The translations under genes were made by a program, and so were the position numbers. From Streptosporangiaceae bacterium (GTDB taxonomy: Bacteria; Actinomycetota; Actinomycetes; Streptosporangiales; Streptosporangiaceae): a DNA stretch of 64,000 bases. The DNA lies in assembly GCA_036555725.1 (NCBI GenBank), contig DATBKU010000039.1, forward strand, positions 742 through 64,741, written 5' to 3'. Shown piece by piece: positions 51,887-60,686 of this stretch (positions are counted from its first letter, which is position 1; each line of letters begins with the position of its first letter). Under the pieces are notes generated by a model that searched no databases, was not told the DNA's origin, and saw only the letters and a program-made list of their open reading frames with translations.

Positions 51887-52613
51887 ACGTGGAACGCGCC
51901 CACAGGTACCCGACGAGAGCGATGCCGACGCACCAGGCGATGGCGGCGATCGCATCGCCGGAGGACGGTGCGCCGTTGAGCAACCCGCGCAGGGTTTCGA
52001 TGATCGGCGTGAAGGGCTGGTACTCGGCGAACTGCCGGACGCCCTGCCCCATCTTCTCCGCCGGTACGATCGCGCTGCTGAAGAACGGCAGCAAGACCAG
52101 CGGCACGGCGGCCAAACCCGCCGTTTCCGGAGACTTCGCCGCCAATCCCAAGGCGACTGTGAGCCAGCCGGTCGCGGCAGCGAGCAGCACGACCATGCCG
52201 AACACGCCGAGCCAATCGAGGAGACTCGCCGACGGGCTGAAGCCCAGCAGGAAGGCCACCCCGATGAGGGCCGCAATGGCGACCAGGTTGGTCAGCACGC
52301 CGGCGACGACGTGGCCGGTCAACACCGCGCCACGGGAGACGTCCATGACCTTGAACCGGTTGATGATGCCCTTCGTCATGTCGGAGTTCACCGACGTCGC
52401 GGTGGCCCCCAGCCCGTAGCAGACGGCCAACAGCATCAGTCCCGGCGTCGCGTAGTCGATGTAGTCGACACCGACGCTGAAAGCGTCACCGAGCATATAG
52501 ACGAACATCCACATGATCACGATCGGCATCAGGACCGCGTTGAACACCGAGGTCGGATTCCGGGTGATGTGTTTGAAGTTGCGACGCAACATCACCATCG
52601 AATTGGACTTCAT
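51870..52613 (-). CDS. ABC-2 type exporter permease (DrrB-like)
   Basis: Six TM segments. ATGA overlap with the upstream ATPase gene. Confidence 0.85.
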   Translation of the reverse strand: MKSNSMVMLRRNFKHITRNPTSVFNAVLMPIVIMWMFVYMLGDAFSVGVDYIDYATPGLMLLAVCYGLGATATSVNSDMTKGIINRFKVMDVSRGAVLTGHVVAGVLTNLVAIAALIGVAFLLGFSPSASLLDWLGVFGMVVLLAAATGWLTVALGLAAKSPETAGLAAVPLVLLPFFSSAIVPAEKMGQGVRQFAEYQPFTPIIETLRGLLNGAPSSGDAIAAIAWCVGIALVGYLWARSTFNKRA

Positions 52614-53551
52614 TTCGCGACTACCTCCGTGGTGTGGCCCGTCAGGGCGAGGAAAACGTCATCGAGGGCCGGTGTGTGGACGGAGAACTCTTCGGCACTG
52701 ATCGAGTACTCATCCAGCCTGTCCAGCAGTGCCCGCAGCGATTTCGTGCCGCCATCGCTGGGAACCCGCAGGGTCAGTGCCTCGTCCTCCCGCGTGGAGT
52801 CGGCGATGATCCGCGCGGCCGCGTCGAGTTCTGCGGCGGTGGTGAACCGGAGCCGGACGTGGGTCCCGGGGATCCGGCGCTTGAGCTCGTCGGGTGTGCC
52901 CTGCGCGACCAGGCGGCCCTGGTCGAGCACCGCGATCCGGTCGGAGAGCTGGTCGGCTTCATCGAGGTACTGAGTGGTGAGGAAGACGGTCACGCCATCG
53001 GCCACAAGCTCGCGGATGATCGAGTGCATCGTGCGACGGCTGCGCGGGTCCAGACCCGTCGTCGGCTCGTCCAGGAAGATGATCTGCGGATTGCCGACGA
53101 GCGTCATCGCCAGGTCGAGCTTCCGGCGCATACCTCCGGAGTAGGTCGACACGGGCTTGTGCGCCGACTCCACCAGATCGAAGCGCTCCAGCAGTTGGGT
53201 GACGATCCGCTTGCCGTCCTTGGCGCGCACCGGGCTCAGATCCACCATCAGCTGGAGGTTCTCCTGCCCCGTCAGCAGCTCGTCCACCGCCGCGAACTGA
53301 CCGGTGACCCCGATCGCCGCGCGCACCGCCTTGGCCTCGGTCGCGACGTCGTGTCCGGCAACGCGGACCGTCCCGCCGTCGGCCTTGATCAACGTGGTCA
53401 GCACGTTGACCGTTGTGGTCTTGCCGGCCCCATTCGGTCCGAGCAGGGAGAAGACCGTACCCGCACGGACATTCAGGTCGATGCCCTCAAGCACGACTTT
53501 GTCTTGGTAGGCCTTCCGTAGCCCGGAGGCCTCTATCGCTGAACTTGTCAT
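52610..53551 (-). CDS. ABC exporter ATP-binding protein (DrrA-like)
   Basis: Start at MTSSAIEASGLRKAY. Walker A GPNGAGKTT, signature YSGGMRRKL, Walker B IIFLDEPTTGLD. Confidence 0.9.
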   Translation of the reverse strand: MTSSAIEASGLRKAYQDKVVLEGIDLNVRAGTVFSLLGPNGAGKTTTVNVLTTLIKADGGTVRVAGHDVATEAKAVRAAIGVTGQFAAVDELLTGQENLQLMVDLSPVRAKDGKRIVTQLLERFDLVESAHKPVSTYSGGMRRKLDLAMTLVGNPQIIFLDEPTTGLDPRSRRTMHSIIRELVADGVTVFLTTQYLDEADQLSDRIAVLDQGRLVAQGTPDELKRRIPGTHVRLRFTTAAELDAAARIIADSTREDEALTLRVPSDGGTKSLRALLDRLDEYSISAEEFSVHTPALDDVFLALTGHTTEVVAK

Positions 53552-53858
53552 GCGACCACTGTCATCGGCCGGTCTGTCACCCGCCTGTCGCGCCCCTGAC
53601 GCGACCACTGACACGGGTGTTCTCCCTCGTCGCGCCAGGCCAGGGACGCCCGCGCGGCCTGTCCACCACGTCATTTGCCGGGACCCTCGCACAAATACAA
53701 TATTGGGCCGGCCGCAATATCCAAGATTTTTATCACGAGCGTTACGGTTGGTGCTCATGGCGGTCAGATGTGTTTTCGGGCCACCGAGTTTCCAGCGCAT
53801 CGCATTATTTGACTCTTATCATCCTGCTCACAGGAATACCTGTTATATCGAACCGTTT

Positions 53859-55130
53859 TTAGGAAAAGGTCTCGGAGCTGTTGTTCGGAATGGTCGCGGC
53901 GGTCTCGACGGCATTCCTCGGGGCGGGCCGCAGCAGCGGGCGGCCGAGCAGGATAATGCCAAGGGCGGCGACGCCACCGGCGCCCGCGCAGGCGAACGCG
54001 CCGCTCGCGCCGGCCAGGTCGCCCATGACCCCGGCGATCGCCGAGCCCAGCGCCGCGCCGGTCGCCATCGCCGTGACCACCCACGCGAACGCCTCTGTCA
54101 CCGTGCCCCGGGGCGCGAGCGAGTCGACGAGCGTGAAGCTGGTCGCGAGCGTCGGCGCCAGGAAGACACCGGACAGGAAGGCCAGCACGATCATGAACGG
54201 GAACGCGGGCGTCAGGACGAGCGGGAGGTAGCCCGCGGCCAGCCCGGTGAAGAGCAGGGCCGGCGCCGGTCGTGCGCTTTGCTCATTACGCACCCCGAAC
54301 CAACCTCCCCCGTGCACCAGCCCGCCGCACAGCGCGCCGCCCGCGTTGGCGGCGAGCAGGACTCCTGCGGCGTTGGCGAGGTGGCGGGCGTCAGCGTACG
54401 TCACGACCGCGACGCTGATCACGCCCAGCGCGACACCGACGCAGGCGAGCGCGGCCATGAGCATCCGGAGGCCGGGGGAGCGCAGCGGCCCGGCCCAGTC
54501 GGTCGCCCGGGGCGCCCCCCGCCAGCGCCGGGACGGCCGCGACGAGGCGACCACCAGTGTGCCCGCCACCCCCAGCAGGCCGGTGACGATCAGTGCCAGC
54601 TCGGTGGAAACCGCCGCCGCGGCGACCACGAGCAGCGGCCCGAACGTGAAGATCATCTCTTGGGTGGCCGCGTCGAGGGCATACGCCGTCCGTACTTCTG
54701 CCGGACCGGCCAGCACGTCCGGCCACAGCGCGCGCAGCCCGGCCTCCAGCGGGGGAGTGGCGAAGCCGGCCAGGGCGACGCCGCCGACCGCCACCGCCGG
54801 CGGATGCAGCCCGCCGAACGCGAGGACGCCGAAGCCGGCCGCCGCCGCGACCGCGCTGGCGAGCAGGATCCCCGGCTGACCGAGACGGTCCATCGCGCGG
54901 CCGAGCACCGGCTGGCCCACGGCCATCGCGATGACGTACACCGCCGAGAGCGCCCCGGCGAGGGTGTAGTCACCGCCGTGCGCCCGCACGAAGAGCACGA
55001 TCGCCAGGGCGCCCATGCCGTTGGGCAACCGGCCGAGCAGGGTCCCCCCGAGCAGGCGCGAGGCGTACGGCGTGCGCAGGAACTCCCGATAGACGCGCAT
55101 AACGCTGGCCTTCTCCAGATCACTTGCCAT
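53859..55130 (-). CDS. MFS transporter
   Basis: Twelve hydrophobic segments. Alternative start at ATG 55100. Confidence 0.8.
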   Translation of the reverse strand: MASDLEKASVMRVYREFLRTPYASRLLGGTLLGRLPNGMGALAIVLFVRAHGGDYTLAGALSAVYVIAMAVGQPVLGRAMDRLGQPGILLASAVAAAAGFGVLAFGGLHPPAVAVGGVALAGFATPPLEAGLRALWPDVLAGPAEVRTAYALDAATQEMIFTFGPLLVVAAAAVSTELALIVTGLLGVAGTLVVASSRPSRRWRGAPRATDWAGPLRSPGLRMLMAALACVGVALGVISVAVVTYADARHLANAAGVLLAANAGGALCGGLVHGGGWFGVRNEQSARPAPALLFTGLAAGYLPLVLTPAFPFMIVLAFLSGVFLAPTLATSFTLVDSLAPRGTVTEAFAWVVTAMATGAALGSAIAGVMGDLAGASGAFACAGAGGVAALGIILLGRPLLRPAPRNAVETAATIPNNSSETFS

Positions 55131-55133
55131 CTA

Positions 55134-55163
55134 AAGTCATACGTATTACCAAGTCATACGTAT
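55134..55163. promoter_or_regulatory. direct repeat AAGTCATACGTAT x2 (17-bp period), each with palindromic ATACGTAT core
   Basis: Copies at 55134-55146 and 55151-55163, in the 94-bp divergent region between the MFS and LacI genes. Confidence 0.45.
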
Positions 55164-55224
55164 CACTTAGTTGCCTCGCGTTCTAGTGTTTTTGGTGGCC
55201 GCCCAGGTGGAGAGGGTGACGGAG

Positions 55225-56292
55225 ATGACCCGCAGACCGACCAGCCGCGACGTCGCGGTGGCAGCCGGCGTGTCCCAGTCCACCGTCTCGATCGTGCTGG
55301 CCGGCAAGTGGGCCGGTCGCGTCTCGGCACCCACCGCGCAGGCCGTGCACGAGGCCGCCGAGCGGCTCGGCTACCGGCCCAACCTGGCGGCGCGCAACCT
55401 GCGGCTCGGCCAGACCCGCACGGTGCTGTTCGTCGTACCCACGCTGACCAGCCCATTCTTCGGTGCCGTCTACACGGGCGCCGCGCGGGTGGCCGCCGCG
55501 CACGGCTTCGGGGTCGTGGTATACCCCTGGCCCGCCGGCACCGCCCGGGAGCGCAGCCCGTTCGCGGCGCCGCGTGGAGCCGTGCCCGCCCCGTCCCATC
55601 CGGCGGGAGCCGTGGAGGGGCCGTCATGGGTCGCGAGCTGGAAAGAGATCGACGGCGTGCTCGCCTCCTCCATGGCCGCCGACGCGCTCGCCGAGCTGCT
55701 GGCCCGCGACGACGGTTCGCCGGCGCTCGTGATGCTCGACAGCGATCCCGCCGATCCGGTCCCGACCGTCAACGTCGACGTGGCCGAGAGCATGCGGACG
55801 CTCGTGGCCCATCTCGCCGGTCTCGGGCACCGCCGCTTCGGGCACCTGGCCGCCGACATCGACGTCTGGACGTTCCGTACACGGGGCGAGGCGCTGGCCG
55901 CCGCCGTGGCCGAGCTGCCCGGCGCCACGCTGGTACGACAGGCCGCGCCGATCGCCGTCGACGGAGCCCGGACGGCCGCGCACGTGCTCCTCCGCGACGC
56001 GCCGACGGCGCTGTTGTGCGATGCCGACGTGCTGGCGGCCGGGGCGTACAAGGCGGCCCGCGACGCCGGGCTCGACGTCCCCGGCGACCTATCGATCGGC
56101 GGCATCGACGACATCCTGCTCGCCGAAGCCCTGGAGCCGGAGCTGACCACCGTACGGCTGCCCGCCGAGGCCCTCGGCGAGCGCGCCATGGCGGCCCTGC
56201 TGGAGCTCCTCGACGGCGGCCGCCCGCAGACCGTCTCGCTGCCGGGCGACCTGGTCGTCCGGGCCTCCACGGCGCCCCCGCCGGACCGTTGA
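55225..56292 (+). CDS. LacI family transcriptional regulator
   Basis: MTRRPTSRDVAVAAGVSQSTVSIVLAG HTH plus an effector domain. Confidence 0.9.
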   Translation: MTRRPTSRDVAVAAGVSQSTVSIVLAGKWAGRVSAPTAQAVHEAAERLGYRPNLAARNLRLGQTRTVLFVVPTLTSPFFGAVYTGAARVAAAHGFGVVVYPWPAGTARERSPFAAPRGAVPAPSHPAGAVEGPSWVASWKEIDGVLASSMAADALAELLARDDGSPALVMLDSDPADPVPTVNVDVAESMRTLVAHLAGLGHRRFGHLAADIDVWTFRTRGEALAAAVAELPGATLVRQAAPIAVDGARTAAHVLLRDAPTALLCDADVLAAGAYKAARDAGLDVPGDLSIGGIDDILLAEALEPELTTVRLPAEALGERAMAALLELLDGGRPQTVSLPGDLVVRASTAPPPDR

Positions 56293-56381
56293 CCGTCACA
56301 TGACGGATGTCACTACCGGCCGCGCACCCCCCGATCACACAGTTGCCCCTACGGGTAGAACCGTAAGAAGGGAGAGGGGCC

Positions 56382-57989
56382 ATGAACGGGGGACCGATCT
56401 GGCGGAGCGAGTACCCAGAGGTGCCGCTGCGGCCGGAGTTCGTCGACGAGGAGATCCTGGCGGCGCTCGATGCGCGACCTGGGGCGGTGGCGCTGGTCGA
56501 CGCGGCGACCGGGAATTCGCTGACCTGTGGCCAGGTCGCCGACGGAATCCGCCGCACGGCGGCCGGACTGCGGGCGCGGGGCGCCCAGCGCGGTGACGTG
56601 CTGGCCATCGTGGCGGGCAACGGCGTGGACGCGGTGGTAACGATGTACGGCGGTCTCGCCGCCGGGATGGCGCTCACCCAGGCCCATCCGCTGCTCACCC
56701 CGGGCGAGCTGGTACGGCAGTTCGGGCGGACGCGGCCGAGGTTCGTCGTGGCCGATGCAATGGCGATACCCGCCGTGTCGGCGGCGCTCGCAGAGCACAT
56801 GCCCGCGGCCGAGGCGCTGTTCGAGACGGGCGACGTGCCCTCGGCCGACCCGGCCATGGCGCCGTCCTCGGCCGGCCGAAGCCCCGGCGATGTGGCGTTC
56901 CTGTTCAACTCGGGCGGGACCAGTGGACTGCCGAAGACCGTGGTGCACACGCACGCCTCCACCACCGCGTTCCTGCGGCTGTTCGCCACGGTCCCGACGG
57001 TACGGTTCGGCCCGGCCGACACCATGGGGTTGGTCCTGCCGATCTCGCACCTGTTCGGCACGGCCATGCTGAGCCACTCGCTGCGGTCCGGCGCCAGGGT
57101 GGCCATCGCCACGCCGGCGCCCGGCGACATCGAGAGGTTCTTCCGGCTGCTGGCCGACCACGGAGCCACGGTCACCGCCGTGGCGCCGCCCGCGCTGATC
57201 GCCCTCGCCCGGCATCCCGTCGTCGATCGGTACGACCTCGCACCGCTGCGGCTGGCGATCAGCGGGGGCGCGCCGCTGCCTGGTGACGTCGGCCCGGCGG
57301 TCGAGGACCGCGTGGGCTGCGTCGTCGCCGACTGCTTCGGCGCCTCCGAGTGCTGGTGTCCCGCACCCGCCGCCGACCCGCCGGTGCACGGTTCGGCCGG
57401 GCGCCTGCTGCCGAACCACGAGGCGGTGATCGTCGACCTCGACACCGGCCTGCGGGTCGGCGCGGGCGACGTGGGCGAATTGTGGGTACGCGGGCCGCAG
57501 GTCATGCGCGGGTACCTCGGGGAGGCGGCGGTGACGGCGGAGACGGTCGACGCCGACGGCTGGCTGCACAGCGGTGACCTGTGCCGCTTCGACGCCGCCG
57601 GCAACCTCTATGTCGTCGACCGGCTCAAAGAAATGATCAAGGTGGGGGGAGCCACGGTCGCGCCCGCCGAGGTGGAGGCCGAGCTGCTGACCCATCCCGC
57701 CGTTGCGGACGCCGCGGTGGTGGGGCGGCCCGATGCCGAGCTCGGCGAAGTGCCGGTGGCCTACGTCGTCCCGGCGGGTGAGGGTGCGGCGCTATCGGGC
57801 GGGGCGAAGTTCGACCCGAACGAGCTGCTCGACTGGCTGGCCCCCCGCGTCGCCCCCTGGAAACGGGTCCACGACGTCGTCATGGTGGATCGGATTCCGC
57901 GCAGCCCGGTCGGCAAGATCCTGCGGCGGCTGCTGCGCGACGGTGAACGCAACGCCGTCGCTCAACCTCTCGATTCGCTGCCGAGCTGA
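56382..57989 (+). CDS. AMP-dependent synthetase/ligase (acyl- or aryl-CoA ligase)
   Basis: AGAAGGGAGAGGGG RBS. FNSGGTSGLPKTV AMP-binding motif, GELWVRGPQVMRGY, GWLHSGD, and the terminal PRSPVGKILRR Lys motif. Confidence 0.9.
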   Translation: MNGGPIWRSEYPEVPLRPEFVDEEILAALDARPGAVALVDAATGNSLTCGQVADGIRRTAAGLRARGAQRGDVLAIVAGNGVDAVVTMYGGLAAGMALTQAHPLLTPGELVRQFGRTRPRFVVADAMAIPAVSAALAEHMPAAEALFETGDVPSADPAMAPSSAGRSPGDVAFLFNSGGTSGLPKTVVHTHASTTAFLRLFATVPTVRFGPADTMGLVLPISHLFGTAMLSHSLRSGARVAIATPAPGDIERFFRLLADHGATVTAVAPPALIALARHPVVDRYDLAPLRLAISGGAPLPGDVGPAVEDRVGCVVADCFGASECWCPAPAADPPVHGSAGRLLPNHEAVIVDLDTGLRVGAGDVGELWVRGPQVMRGYLGEAAVTAETVDADGWLHSGDLCRFDAAGNLYVVDRLKEMIKVGGATVAPAEVEAELLTHPAVADAAVVGRPDAELGEVPVAYVVPAGEGAALSGGAKFDPNELLDWLAPRVAPWKRVHDVVMVDRIPRSPVGKILRRLLRDGERNAVAQPLDSLPS

Positions 57990-60526
57990 CCGGCCAGTTG
58001 CGCGCGCCGCGACACGCCGAGCTTGGCGAAGGCGGTCGACAGGTAGTTGCGCACGGTGCCCTCGGATAGATAGAGCCGCGCGCCGATCTCCTTGTTGGTC
58101 AGTCCCTCCGCGGCGAGGAGGGTCACCTCGCGCTCGCGGGTCGTCAGCTCCGCGAGCGCGGTGGCCGTCCCGGGGCCGGCCGCCGCACGCTCGCTCTCGA
58201 TAGCGGCCACGCGCTGGGCGACCCGGGTGAGCCGATGTCGTTCGCACAGCTCTCCGGCACGTCGCAACGCTGCGGTCCCGGCCTGCCGTGACTCGGAGGC
58301 GACAGCCGCGTCGCACCAGGACTCGGCGGCCAGCACCGCCCGGGGGGCCCGCTCGAACAGCGCGGCGGCGGTCTCGAACCGGCGCGCCACCTGGCCCTCA
58401 TCTCCGGCCAGCCGGGCGGCGAACCCCGCCACCGCCTCTGCCGCGCCGCCTATCCCCGGGCCTGTGGCGACCTGGGCGAGGTCGCCCACCCGGCGCCGCG
58501 CCTCGGCCATCAGGGCGTTGTCGCCGAGCTCCGCCGCCGCCTTCGCCAGCGCGTAGGCGTGGTCCGCGGCAAGGTCATCGAAGGGCTCGGGGCAGTAGTC
58601 GTCGATGCGCCGGATCAGGCGCAGCGCGTCGACCACATGCCCGCTGAGAATCTCGGGCAGCACCCGTTTGCCGAGCGACTTGGAGGCGATGACCGCGAGG
58701 GCGAGCGGATCCACGTCCATCTCGGACAGCAGCCGCTCGGTCCCCTGCGCCATGCTCGCCAGACCCGCCTCGACCTCGCCGCGTTCGAAGCGGCGATACC
58801 CCTCGGCGGTCATCTCGATCGGCTTCCCGTGCGGCAGGGCGGCGCCCGCCGCGGCCAGCGCGTCCGCGCCGCCGTCGACGTCTCCGGTGCGAGCCAGTAT
58901 TTCCCCGAGCGTCAGCTGCCCGCGCCAGGTGGCGCCCTCCGGGTCGCCCCGGGCCACCGTCGCGGCGTGCCGCATCAGCTCGACGGCCTCGGCCACATAG
59001 CCCTGCGCCAGCCGGCTCCGGCTGCGGATGGTCAGCACCCGGGCCTGCCGGAGCGGGTAGGCCGCCACGTCCGGCCGGCCTTTGGCCTCCGCCAGCAGTC
59101 GCTCGCCCCGGTCGAACTCGCCGAACGCGAAGAGCACCTGCGCCGCGGTCCTGGCGAGCGCCATCCCGTCCCCGCGCTCTCTGGCGATCAACTCCGCCCG
59201 CTGGACGAGTTCCCGCGCGTGGTCGACGTCGCCCCGGCGCATGGCCGACTGCGCGTCGACCAGGAGCCGTTCGACCGGCGCGTCGCCCAGCCCGTCCGCC
59301 GACCACAACCCCGGGAGATAGGCGAACGCCGGGTCGAGCAGCATCCGGACCGCCCGTTCGGGCTCGCCGCCGTCGCGGTACCCCTGTTCGGCGGCCGCGA
59401 CCCAGGTCCGGGCCCGATCGAACTCGCCGACCGAGGCCGCCGTGAGGGCGGCCGTTTCGTACAGCGGCGCCGCCTCCGCGTAGTCCGGCGGCGGCTCGGC
59501 GAGCGTCAGCGTGAAGTACTCGAGGGAGCGGCGCACGGCGCCCTGCCCGCGCAACCGGGCCGCCGCGACCCGTGCCGGACCGGCGGCCCGCTTCGGCTCA
59601 CCCGCCGTCGCCCAGAGGCGGGCGATCCGGGCCGGGTCGGCGGCCTCCGCCTCGAGGACCGCCGCGAGCTCGCGGGCCAGCCGGGCCTTCTCGGCCGGCC
59701 CCAACGCCCCGGCGATGGCGTCCGCGACCAGGGTGTGCCGGATGCCGAGGCTCCCGTCGCTGTCCACGGCCAGGCGGGCCGCGACCAGCGCGCCGAAGGC
59801 GGCATCGACGTCTTCTACCAGGCGATGGACGGCACCTGCGGGCAGCGGTTCGTCGGCGACCGCGAGAAGGCAGGCGAGCCTCCGGGCAGGTCCGGGCAGT
59901 GCGGCGAGCTGTCCCGTGACCGCCTCCACCACGGTCCAGGGCAGGCGGTCGTCGCTGCGCAGCAGCTCCTCCGCCCACAGCGGGTTGCCTCCGGTACGGG
60001 CGTAGAGGTCGGCCGGCGGATACCGGCTCATCGCCGCGGCCATCCGCGCCAGCCCGGCCGGGGAGAGCGGGCCGACGCGTACCTCGTAGCAGCGCGGCGC
60101 GCGCACCAGGTGGGCCAGCGCGCGCAGCCCGGCGCCGCCGTCGTTCGCCGCCGCCCCCAGCCGATAGGTGAGCACCAGCAGCACGGCCTCGGTGTCGAGT
60201 TGCTCGAGGAGATCGGCCGTACGGTCGAGCTGGCCGGCGTCGAGGAAGTGCGCGTCATCGAGCACCATCGCCAGCGGCCGCCCCGTAGGCAGCTCCGGAA
60301 GCAGTACGCGTGAGGAGGACAGCCGTACGGTGACCGTGGTCCAGCCGTCGGGAAGGGAGGACAGGAACTCGGCGGCGAGCCGGGTCTTCCCCGCGCCCGC
60401 CTCGCCCGTGACCGCGACAGCACCCGACCGGCCGCCGGCGACCTGAGCGGCCACGGCCGACAGGCCCTGCAGCTCTTCGTCGCGGTCCACCAGCACCGGG
60501 CACCGGCCGGGCAGCGCCTTGGCCAT
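57962..60526 (-). CDS. LAL-type (large ATP-binding LuxR family) transcriptional regulator
   Basis: Start at MAKALPGR. Walker A GEAGAGKTRL, a long helical-repeat middle region, and a C-terminal LuxR HTH (LTTREREVTLLAAEGLTNKEIGARLYLSEGTVRNYL). Confidence 0.9.
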   Translation of the reverse strand: MAKALPGRCPVLVDRDEELQGLSAVAAQVAGGRSGAVAVTGEAGAGKTRLAAEFLSSLPDGWTTVTVRLSSSRVLLPELPTGRPLAMVLDDAHFLDAGQLDRTADLLEQLDTEAVLLVLTYRLGAAANDGGAGLRALAHLVRAPRCYEVRVGPLSPAGLARMAAAMSRYPPADLYARTGGNPLWAEELLRSDDRLPWTVVEAVTGQLAALPGPARRLACLLAVADEPLPAGAVHRLVEDVDAAFGALVAARLAVDSDGSLGIRHTLVADAIAGALGPAEKARLARELAAVLEAEAADPARIARLWATAGEPKRAAGPARVAAARLRGQGAVRRSLEYFTLTLAEPPPDYAEAAPLYETAALTAASVGEFDRARTWVAAAEQGYRDGGEPERAVRMLLDPAFAYLPGLWSADGLGDAPVERLLVDAQSAMRRGDVDHARELVQRAELIARERGDGMALARTAAQVLFAFGEFDRGERLLAEAKGRPDVAAYPLRQARVLTIRSRSRLAQGYVAEAVELMRHAATVARGDPEGATWRGQLTLGEILARTGDVDGGADALAAAGAALPHGKPIEMTAEGYRRFERGEVEAGLASMAQGTERLLSEMDVDPLALAVIASKSLGKRVLPEILSGHVVDALRLIRRIDDYCPEPFDDLAADHAYALAKAAAELGDNALMAEARRRVGDLAQVATGPGIGGAAEAVAGFAARLAGDEGQVARRFETAAALFERAPRAVLAAESWCDAAVASESRQAGTAALRRAGELCERHRLTRVAQRVAAIESERAAAGPGTATALAELTTREREVTLLAAEGLTNKEIGARLYLSEGTVRNYLSTAFAKLGVSRRAQLAGQLGSESRG

Positions 60527-60556
60527 GGTCAATCGTAGATAGCCGGGCCCGCCGCC

Positions 60557-60664
60557 GACCAGCCGAACGCGGCCGACCAGCCGAACGCGGCCGACCGGCC
60601 GAACGCGGCCGACCGGCCGAACGCGGCCGACCAGCCGAACGCGGCCGACCGGCCGAACGCGGCC
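60557..60664. repeat. 6 x 18-bp perfect-phase tandem repeat GACC(A/G)GCCGAACGCGGCC, plus a partial 7th unit
   Basis: Read directly. The A/G variant at unit position 5 follows the order A,A,G,G,A,G. It lies 31-138 nt upstream of the LAL start and 23 nt downstream of the SMP-30 stop. Confidence 0.95.
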
Positions 60665-60686
60665 GACCAGCGGGCGGTCTCGAGGG

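Noticed and set aside
53552-53858. Possible gene or operator (ATATTG-N9-CAATAT around 53699-53719) in the AT-richer 307-bp spacer upstream of the DrrA-like gene.
   Set aside because: Only the 6-bp arms are symmetric and the centre is imperfect. No ORF there shows coding bias. This is too weak to call beyond a probable promoter region.
60557-60664. Whether the 18-bp repeats are a CRISPR array.
   Set aside because: The units are directly abutting with no spacers, are only 18 bp long, and no cas genes are present. This is a simple tandem repeat.
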